A stretch of 64,000 nucleotides of DNA. Source: Auanema rhodensis. Lineage: Eukaryota > Animalia > Nematoda. The notes under the pieces were generated by a model that saw only the letters and a program-made list of their open reading frames with translations, was not told the origin of the DNA and made no database searches. Both the position numbers and the translations under genes were made by a program. Numbering within the stretch: position 1 is the stretch's first letter; every line of letters starts with the position of its first letter. The DNA lies in NCBI GenBank assembly GCA_964057225.1, contig OZ059899.1, forward strand, positions 6,758,001 through 6,822,000, in the 5' to 3' direction. Below are positions 53,226 to 64,000 of this stretch, in pieces.

Positions 53226-56200
53226 TCAAAAGTGTTTTCATTCAAATACGTTTGAACTTGCATTGATTAATCAAAAAACTTGAATATAAGTACCATACTA
53301 TCTCCAAGAAGAAGTTGAATGGGTTGCGGAACAAGATTATAAGTTTCATATCTCAAAAGCTAAATGGCCAATTACAAGTAGATTTGAAATTAGTGATTCA
53401 ATTATTTTCTTTTCTTTAAATTTGGAAAAATTAAATTGGCTCTTGCTAAAGGAATACGATTTAATTTTCTTGGAATGATTTTGAACTTAAGTGGAAAAAA
53501 CTTTTACTTGATACTTGAATACAAGAAGTGTATTTGAAAATTCAAAAAGCATATACGAAGTGACGAATTCGATATATTCTACAATGGTTAGAGTTGCCTT
53601 GTGTATGTATATTATATAAGGAGATAAACGAAAATTAAATTATATCTGTTTATAGAATTGACGATATAATGAAGAACATATCCATACATATATAGATGTA
53701 GATTATGTGTATATTGAATATATATATGTATGTATGTATACATGAATATAGATAGAAAGACTATTCTTTAAGTAACACAAAGCTTGCTGAGCTAATCATA
53801 CTCAGATATACATAAAGATTTTGGCTTTTGTGGAGGTAGTAAGAGAAGCCACACAATATAATTTCGAATAAGAAGAAGACTGAGAATATGATGAGCTATA
53901 GATATCGAGAATGTTATGAAAGTAGAAGAAAAATATATTAGAGAGTTTTAAAATGAGCTTTCCGTTACTCGCAGAAATAATTTTATAGAATGGGAGCATT
54001 GGTATTTATATTTTTGTTGCTACATTCAAATATTGAAGAAAATAGAGGATAGAAGAAGGAGAAAAACTAAATATAGTTGGGAAAATAGAGTGAGAAAGAG
54101 AGACCAAGTAAGCAGTATAAAGGAAGGTGTGAAAGCTGGATGATAATTCTGAGAGAGATTAACTTATAAACCCAGATATCTAATAGTTGAAGAGGCATAG
54201 ATTAGGAAAGCTTGGAAAAATCGTCATAGCAACCAAACTGATTGATGTTTCATATTATTCATATCGAAGTCTCAGTTTCACTAAAGTAATAAATTAATAA
54301 AAAAGGTAGAAACCATCAACAAAAAAATTGAACACGATTAACATGCTATGTTTTTGTTTTTTTATTTATTCCGTTTGGCAATCTAAGCTTCGGAAGTAAC
54401 TGGAGAGCATGATTTAGTATTATGAACAAAAATCTGTTGATAATCTGAGAATGGCATGACTAAAACAGTCAGCTAAGATTGGAAACTGATTAGAAGCCAA
54501 AATATAGAAAATAATTTGTTAAATGTTCCACATTCTTTAAACTATAGCTGTGCTCAAAGCGAATGAAAAACATAAAAGCCATATTGAGATTATTGGTTCA
54601 CCGTTAACGACAACAATAAATTCTTGGAATATTTGTTGATGTTGTTGATAAGTTGTAGCAAAACGTTTGGTGAAGAGGAGCAAAGGAGATACATGTTTAG
54701 TCAGACTGAGGATCAAACTTCCTCGATTCAGTTTGCTTTTCAGGCTTCATTGTCTTCAGAATCATTGGATGCTAGTGCGGAAGCGTAGCTCAGCCATTGA
54801 AGCCCTTTTTATTCTCCATCTCCAAGTCATTGAATAGCTTCACGGCATAAATAATTGTTTTCTCAAATGCTTAATTCGGCGAATACATATAATATACGAA
54901 AGCAGAATGAATAAGTACAAAAAGTTCATTTTTTTGCTTTGCTAAATATAAGAATGTCTTAAAATCATTCTTTTAGTTTTTTTTCTATTCATTTCTTATA
55001 GATTCACCCTTTAAATTGAACGGAAAAAGAAATGAATTTTCAAAATTTATCATTTATTAAAAAGATATTGATTATTAGTGAGAAAGGCGATGAGCAAACC
55101 GACGTATGACATATTTTCTTTAAAACTAATGTAATGACGAACCAGATCAACAGGTAATTTAGGTATCCTGCTGTCGTGAGCGAAAAAAAAATATAATCAG
55201 AAGTATAAATGCTAAAAAAAGTACAAAAAAATTAAATTTATCATAACTTCTATATAATTCTTAGCATTTATGGAATTTCCGGTATGTCATAAGGAAACAT
55301 GACGTTATAAGAACGAAAAAACATTTCATAAGACTATTTTTAACAACTGACAGAAAAAAAAAGAATAAGATTTCTAAGATCACTTAAGGATTTGTCCTTT
55401 TATGTGCTCAACCGCTCAACATCTTGCTAATATGAAAAAATGATTCATTATATTCATAATATTCCAATATCCTTATGATACAAGCTACTCAATATATGGT
55501 TATATTCAAAGAATCTCATATGTTAATGAGGATAGAATAAAGAATTATACTAAGAATAAAGAATAATGCTCGTTTATTATTTTTCTTTTTTTTTTCTTTA
55601 CGAAAAAACATATAATAAAGTTTCTGTGTTTGTAATATGAGTTAACTAGTAGAACCAGAAATTGAAGAAGCTATTCGTACTTCTAATTAGTCCGTTTAAT
55701 AAGATTCTGTCACCAGATGCTTTTCTCGGATATCCGGTATAGCAATAAGCAATGAAGAATAACCGAATGAACATAGTAGAAACAAAGAAAAAAATTAAAC
55801 GCGAACAAATTTCAGCCATTATATTCATAACAAGGCATTCAATACATTGAGCTTTTTTTTATTTTATGAAATATAGTAAGACTTGTTCAACTTATGAGCA
55901 AAAAAGATTAATTTTTAAAAGTAAACTACAGCACTCTTATCTTAATTTTTGGCAGATGAATTTAAATAATTACGACAAAGATAAGAACATATCCCTACAA
56001 CTTGGTGAAATTTAAAAATGAAAAAACAGAACTTGGTTTTTGTTGCCAAGAAAGTGTAGTGGGGAGGGCTAATCTTTCGGCACTCAAACAATAACGACAT
56101 TGATGACCTCAATTGTTTTGAACTATGAAGAGATTGATAGTTTTGAACAATTTCTGATCTTTGTTCAAGCAATTTATCAGAACTCAATGGACACATCAGT

Positions 56201-59200
56201 GAATCATATCATGAGCAAAGTTCTAGCTAAATTTAGGTGCAAGTAAGAGAATTTTTTTGAGTAAACATTTTAACAAAACTGCTGTAAATTATTTAAAAAT
56301 GTTTTTGAGCTCATTTCTTTTGGTTGACAATTTATAAAAAAAACAAAATGTCTTATTTGTGGCAATAAAATATTAAATTGAAATATGATATTATTAGGCA
56401 TAAAAATAAAAAAATAAATGTTCTAGTGATCTCTTTTGCATTCAAGTATGATATAATTTAAATATATTAGCTAAAATGTGCTTAACTAGCGACGTTATTT
56501 CAGCCTACTTACAAACAGTCTATAATGGCAAAATGTTTTTAAGATTTATGAAGAAAAAAATAATCCTTGTGTTGGATGTTCAGTTATATTTTCTCAAAGA
56601 TCCGTGTGAACTTAGTTTTGAGTTAAAGACAAAACTAGAAAGTTTATAGAACAATTGATATAGAGAAAGAGAAAAGGATAAAAGAGGATTTAATAGAAGG
56701 AATGAGAAGCATAGAGACTGAAAAGATGCAGAAACAATGAATTGATAGATACATATAAGACCGCGAAATTGAAAACCTGCGCTTGACATTCACGTGCAAA
56801 TTAAAATTGTAAAATCCCATGGAAATATCACTATTCGTAATTTCCATGGGGGGATCTTTCCTTATGAAATTGTCAGATTTAAAAAGTATTTTTGTATACA
56901 ACTCATCTAGGTATGCAAGTTATCTAGCAAAATAGTAAATCTTTTCTTTTTTTAAATCCTCTTGACGTGGTGAAGCTAGAATAACGAAAAAGAAATAGAC
57001 GTGAGTCAGTGAGTCGAGCTCGATTCTGCTCATCTCTGATGCTTATAGTATGTCCGTCACGGATATCTGTTTCATTCTGGGTGACTGAAGCATGCTTAGG
57101 CTGACATAAATGTCTGGAAATGTTAGTTAGTATAGATATTTAACTTGTGAATAGAATTTTTACGAATGTACAAGTGTAAAAAAAAGGTTTTTAATTTTAC
57201 ATATGTATGTAGTTATAGATATTTTTAGAAACTAGCAATAGATGTGTATATGTATAAACAAAAACATAGTATGTATATTGTATGTACATATGTATATAAT
57301 AAAGGTATTTATCAGACAAAAAAACCTTTTTCTTTGGTGAACAATTAAGGTTGTGATATATTGAATTTGAGCAACTGAACAATCGAACATATATCACATC
57401 CTATGCACAAGAACAATAGAATGTGATTCAGAAGAAATCGAAAAATTGAATACATAAAATAGATGAAATGAGAGTTAAAAAACAATAAACAATCAACAGT
57501 TCAGAGTATAGAGAAATCTTCGTGAAACAATAATATGAAATATGATTCAGATTTTTTGTCTAGAATTAAGAAGACTTTGATGAATATCAGCCCGTATTAA
57601 GAAAAATAAGATAGTTGAATAACTTTTGAAAACAATCTAGCTGTATAGAGCATAGAATTTGTATTATATTTTAGTTCGTTTGAAAATGAAATAAAGGAAT
57701 GATATAAAATAAATAAAATGAGAATGCTATTCGCAATTTTAAAAGCTGCTTTTTAAATTTTTGAAGAAACATTGAGCAAAAAGGTGTAGACAAAAGGAAA
57801 AAAGACGTGGCTTTGACAACCTTTTAGGAAACGAAAAGCTTCCAAGCAATTCATATACATAACAATTACCTGTCGTGCATGTTATTTACCCAGAAAGGAG
57901 GAAGAAAAATGAGAAGGAGATAAGATATAGCATATTCATGAAAACCGTAGAATTTTTAAAAAGTATTAGTGATATTATGAAACTTCATTAACTTGGAAGT
58001 CAACTTTTTTGCCTTCCGACTCATTTAATCATTAGCACAAGCATACCTAATGTGTCTTTAGTTGAAGCTTTCTCATTGAATTATATTTTTCAGCTTTCAA
58101 TATAGACGGATTTTTCTTTGTGGGACAGATTAATAAGATCTTCCGTTTTCATAATTAAAAAGGATATATTCGATTCTAATTCATGAATAGTTTACTTGGT
58201 ATGTAGAATATCACGTCATATATTCAAAAAAGAAAAATGAGAAAAGCAAATCTTAAAGTTTTTTTAGCATACAACGGGATCTCTAGTTCTGTACCAAAAA
58301 GTTTAATTTATTTATTTCGTAATTATAGAATGGAGTTAAACAAATCTCAGAGTTTGTTTGATTTGATATATATATATATGACATTGGTTTATTGAATTAT
58401 ATAAACTTTCGAAAGAAGGAAGAAAGACAAATTCAATCAGAAAATATAATATAAGATAGAACATCTAAAATCCTATGTTTTAACGTCTATCATGCAACTA
58501 CAAACGCAGTTTTGCAGTCCAATCAATTTAAATGCTTTTCTCTTCTGAATATCAGCCTGTATAATATTTATGCTTTTGATGTTAAAAAAGGTTTTCAAAA
58601 CATTTTTTAGTTTTTTCCAAGACCAATCCTGACTGTGAGAAAATAATATTTTCTGAAATTTCAATCCAAATTATTTTAGGTTTGTTGAATGAATGAATGA
58701 ATGTGGTCTCAGAGCACATAAAAAAAGGAATTTTTGCAGATTTTTTGGTTTGTCCTGAACAATGGTATATTAATGCCATATAATGACATAGAGAAGAGAA
58801 CAATGTATATTAAAATATAGCTTGAAGATGAGAAATTTTGCAGTTTGTCTTTATACGCTTTCTTATATTCAGTTCCAATGTTTAGTTTGATAAAAGCTTT
58901 ATTTGGAAATAAAGAAAAACGTGAATGATACGTTTAAATTAAGGAGGAAAGATACTTCAAGATAATAAGCACACATAATGACTGGAATGAAGAATACAAT
59001 CCATGTAAGTTTCGAACAATGAAATAAACCGAGAATGACAGTACAAGCATATCAGAGCATAACGCAAATTATAACATATATCACAAATAAATAAAAAAAA
59101 ATAAGCAGATCTTTAAGGACGACAAGACAAATCATAGACTCGGCACAGTCAAATGAAAAATTTTAATATAATATGAACATTCTTAAAGAATGCAAAGTTT

Positions 59201-59525
59201 TCACAGCTAATGTCATTAATGTTTTTAAATCTCAAAGATTCTCTAAATGCCAGGCCAAAAGTTGAGCAGGGAAATAACACTATGATTAGTGTTGCAAATT
59301 TTTCTATAAAACAAATCTCAAAGTAGAGTACATACCACAGAAATAAGCTGATAGGTTCGAAAGGATACACAATTGAATGGGAACAAGAATGAGATATTTA
59401 AAAAAGATGCAATATTGTCAACTCGTATAATACACCAGTAATGACGACATTGTTCAACTAGTTTACGAATCTAGCGGGAACTTATCTTATAGACTGAACA
59501 AATTTCTTGACCTTTTTCTGTTAAA

Positions 59526-61454
59526 TCAAAGCATAGAATTATTAACTCCTGACGGGCCTTCTTCTGATGGACCCTGAACGCGCGACCGAGCGAAATCTTC
59601 AAAAATAAGATCGTCGTAATCAACAGGACGCCCGTTTACTGGAGGTTGACTGTAAAAATATTTATGTAGAGATTTTCAATACTAAAAACGTACACTTCAT
59701 CATTTAGTTGAATCAGATCAATATCAAGAGGATTTGGCTCACAAGGTTGAGGTGGTAGAGTAACAACGGGCCGCTCCTGAAATATAAAAATTATTTTGAG
59801 AGAAATCTTCTAAAGTTCTAAAAAGAATTATAAAGAAACAAATCGGAAAAAAACATACCCGTTTTTCAGGAGTTTCGGCAGGTTTCGCGTGAGTTAATGT
59901 AAACGGAAGTTCAGCAACGAGCTCTCCACCTCCTAATTTACTTCCGAATCCAGCAATGGTTGCACGAATTTTAACCTAAACTCGTTACAATAGAATATAA
60001 TACAATAGTTGAATTATTACCTTATACTGGACACAAATTCCAAGATTTTCCTTAGATATTCCAGTCTCCACTCTTAATATAAAACTTTATTAAAATATAG
60101 TAGATACAGACATACATTGTGCTAGAAGCAAGATTTGTGTCTTCATGTTTTAGTTGTCCATCCAAGGCTAAACCCCTCTTATCTTTATTATTTTTCAGAA
60201 GAGGACACAATGAATAAACCTTGGACATTGTTCCTCCAGCTCCTAAAGGAAAACCCTCGCTGAAAAAAAAAATACAAATTAGAACATAAAAGTACTGATA
60301 TACTTGCTGTCAACTCTTGCAACTTCACATGTATATGAAGCAGTTGTGAATAGGCAAATATCAGCCACTTGCACTACACTAATCTATAAATTGTATTTTT
60401 AAAAAAAAAGAAACTTTATGAAATCAAACCTTCATCTTTTTCACAGTTTTACTGCTGTTATTCTGTAGATGAACATTCACTGCTATGGACTCTCCATGGT
60501 AATAAGTCTATAAGTATACGCAATAAAATTTGATTCAAATAACTAAGATTACTTCTTTATCTAGAGATGCTTCCATGTGGAGTAAGCCAGGACTCATCAT
60601 GAACTCTTTACAAACTTCAACCGTAGGCTGTGGTCTGGGCTCATATGGAGCATACGTTAGTTTCCTGATGGCTAGCCTAACGCTACTTAATGACCTAGAA
60701 AACAAAATAGTATTAATTGCAACATGTGGTTAAAAAAACGGACTGTTTTTTAGATTTCTCATTGACGGCATCTGGGCCCCCGACCACAGTTTTCAGTTCA
60801 TAGTCTACACCACATGGTTTCCCAGTATCACCTGGCGCGGGCTGTAAAGGAACGACTTTTAATGGTGCAAAAGGTTCAAGACATACTTGTAAAGTAACAC
60901 TGCTTGCACTTCTCGGAGGAATCTCAAACCAGAAAGGAAAAGCGTTTGGACCTAACTTTTTCATTAACCGTTCTTGTAATCGAGTCAAGGTTCGTTGATT
61001 TGATTCAATTACAGGAAAAACCTAATATCAATGAGATTTGAGAAAATTGGAAAATAATAGTACCTGGAACGATTGAACAATCAAATCTTTACGAAATGTT
61101 AATCCTAGAACGTCCAGATCTTCTCTACCATAGCGAAAAGCTGCCAAAAGGTTCGCAGTAACTTTTTTCTCCTCTTTGATATATTCTTCATCGATTAACA
61201 CCATTCCATCTAAGAAAGAAAACAATGATAATAACAAAAAACAATACTAACCTATTAAGTCTACATAGTCCCCTCTATCGATGAAATCTCGCTTTCCCAA
61301 ATATGTTGTGATCTTGCCATTTGGACTGGCTTTTTTGAAAACCCTGCAAGATATTCTTAACAATGAAATTGTTTCTTCATTTAGTGAGATGAACAAACCT
61401 TGTTCCGCCTCGTCGATCATCATCGTTTCCAGGAGGCCCACCCATGCTAGTCAT
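59526..61454 (-). CDS. arr-1: Beta-arrestin, multi-exon (start at ATG 61454 or in-frame 61445)
   Basis: [72 protein letters not shown] and [19 protein letters not shown]. Clathrin box LIQLN and AP-2 motif [12 protein letters not shown]. Confidence 0.97.
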
Positions 61455-64000
61455 TTGTGCGACTTGGCCTCGTAATGGCAATACGACTTACTCTTTTCTA
61501 CTACAACAAAGATACAAACGCCATTCTAAAAAAAGGAACATAAATCAAATAATTATGTTAAAGAAGGACAAAATAGAAGATATAAAAAACAAAAACGGTA
61601 ATAAGAACAGATAATTATATGATATTACAAAATTTTTAAATAATTGCATGTTTCTAGCTGAATCACTTATTTCATATAAGCGATTAACAACTGCGAACTA
61701 GAAGTATCTGGTTGTATTTCTCAAGAAAAAATATGAAACGAAAAATACAGCATTGAATATACAAAGATATTCACGAGAAAAATCATACGACTACTACATC
61801 CACGTGTCTTTCGATTAAATTGGCACAAATTAATAGTATAAACAGAAGATAGTTAGTTTTTGAAGCGCAAATTCGCAAAAAAAAATGTTTTTGTGACCTT
61901 ACAAAAGCGGAGTGAATGTGTTCACTATTGTATGTAATGCGCATCTTTTGGAAACGAGACAGAATGGAAGTAAAATATTACGTTGGGTTCTGTGCCGTTT
62001 CTACTGCAGGAATCACATGCTTTCAAGTGCACCTTATAATTTCATGACTACACAATCCGAGGAGAAGGAAGGAAACTTGGTTGATACGAGCTCTTACAAC
62101 TAAAAAAAGGACACAAGAGAAAGCCTAAGGCAAAGGTCTTGCATTGAATTGAATAAGAAAGAAATATCCCAGCTATACGTATTCACAACGTATGCAAAGA
62201 AATCAATAATAAATTACAAAGAAAATAGTCGCAAAGAAACATCAAGGAAAATTATTGCGCGAAAGTATATATACAGACTAATGAATAGAAAAATAATTAG
62301 GAGCAATATCTCAAGTAACGAGAAGACTTAACGCCATGGTTTAAAGGAAATCGATGGAAACTCCTATCATTAAAACGGGAAGAAAAGCAGCACAAGGAAG
62401 AGTTGACATATGAACATGAAGGGTTGTGTTTTGTCGTTATCGCCTTCAGACTAGGACAATTTAGTTGCAAATATGAAAAAAATAATATTGAATGTAATAC
62501 AAAGAGGGAAGAAATGAAATGCAGTTTTCGATCAATCCTTCTTACATTCAATAAATAGTTCATAAATACTGTCTATTTTGCTATAGAATTTGTAAGAGCA
62601 AAAATAACAAACTTACACAAAGTTGTAGCGAGTTAGTGAACGTTGAACATTTAAAACAGCGCAAGTTCCAAAGTAAAGCTGAGAAATAAGAGATTAAGGG
62701 AAATAGGTGAGTAGGAAATTGTAAGAGTATTTGTAAAGGTAATCGAGCGAAAAAGCAAATAGAAACAATCAATGTTCGGCTTTCATATATGAAAAGCATT
62801 GATGATAAACTTTTTGCGCTTCAAAACATTATAAGGTCATCGTATTTTTTGATCATTTATTAGAATACATGCAGTGCAACAAGTCTAGCAATAGAGTGAG
62901 TAGGCACAAAACGTCGAAATCAATTAGAGAACTCAATTATATGGCATCGCAATAAATTCAGTAAAGAATAGAGAGTCGGCAACAGACTCACTAGGTGACT
63001 GACGGTTCAGTAGGGCAAATTTGATATTCGTGGAAAGAATGACTCCATATGGTGAAATGGATCGAAAGAAGAGCCACAAACGTGGGTAATACGCTTTGAA
63101 CTCAGAAGCATTAAACAACACGTTTAGAATACGAATTGAACGAGCCGTGTTGTCTAGAATCCAGCAAACATAATATGAACGACTGACTACAATGAAAAAC
63201 AACAATATCTATAATCAAAAGAAAGCAAACCAGTCTTAACACGTGGGCGATTTGAATAAACAGCGCGTCTAATAATAATACAGTAAAAAATAGTTTGAGA
63301 TCAAGCTGAATTTTATAATAATTTATAACAGCTGTAGAAGAGTAACAATATAATTATGAATACTTGATTTAAAAGAACCAATTGAAGCAAAACAAGAAAG
63401 AAAGCCAAAGAACTTCGATAAAACTTGGTTAACATTTCTTCTCATTGTGGATCTAAACGGTAGGGGAGATGAATGCTGTACGACCTGACTATACCCCCAG
63501 GCGAGCGTCCATTTCATTCATTCGCGTTTGGTGGGCGGGCGTTCACTTTAGCATTAGAGCAGTATATTACTGAGAAAGAAGAATAACGTGAAGTCAAATT
63601 AGCAGCTGTTGATCTTCTTTAGTCCTTTGTGATTTTGTTTAAACTTTTAGATTCTCTAAGATTATTCGTAAACATATATATTGGGAGAGGGTAAAATTGA
63701 CGGCTGATTTCTCTATAATCACATTAAATATTTGTTGTAAATAAATGCTTGTTTAATCCAAAAAATTATCAATATTCATAAGATTTCTATATTACTACTA
63801 ACATTTGAAAACGAATAAAGTATGTAATGTACTCCGAACTGCAACCGACCGCATCTACTCATTTTACTTGACAAAATGAGCAGGCTTTGACGTGCCTTGA
63901 CGTGCTTTCATCAGAGTTAGACTGATGTCGTTTTCTCATATATTGCTAATATATGGGTAACATTTGTGAAAGAACGAGACATTCATATCAAGTAAATAGC

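Noticed and set aside
49600-59500. Many 60-130 aa F/L/I/K-rich ORFs
   Set aside because: Mostly non-ATG starts with composition expected from AT-rich noncoding DNA. No consistent splice chain found.
1-64000. Prokaryotic features (CRISPR arrays, IS elements), tRNA or rRNA genes
   Set aside because: The sequence is intron-rich nematode DNA. I saw no repeat-spacer array, cloverleaf or rRNA segment.

Overview
This is AT-rich eukaryotic genomic DNA from a nematode, probably clade V/Rhabditina. The basis is ~40-50 nt GT-AG introns, TTTCAG/TTTTAG acceptors just before start codons (trans-splicing) and close similarity to C. elegans proteins. The supplied ORF track is mostly exon fragments, so I spliced the genes by hand. 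Genes in order: cyclin B3 (cyb-3, runs off the left edge), a QSOX sulfhydryl oxidase, Salvador (sav-1), a MOLO-1-like TPM membrane protein, and a divergent rhodopsin-type GPCR whose last intron hides a complete 5-exon antisense gene. A ~9 kb gene-poor stretch follows. Next is a dense operon-like cluster: ZFAND1, a 2-TM Cys-rich protein, an Exportin-5 homologue, rib-1/EXT1, NDUFA2, apm-3, mrps-18B and CHID1. The window ends with ncs-1, a ~10 kb gap and arr-1. The best leads are the nested antisense coiled-coil gene (20504-21160), a structured Pol III-like RNA candidate (~2300-2439) and an intact Exportin-5, which C. elegans is reported to lack. All homology calls come from remembered motifs, not database searches.
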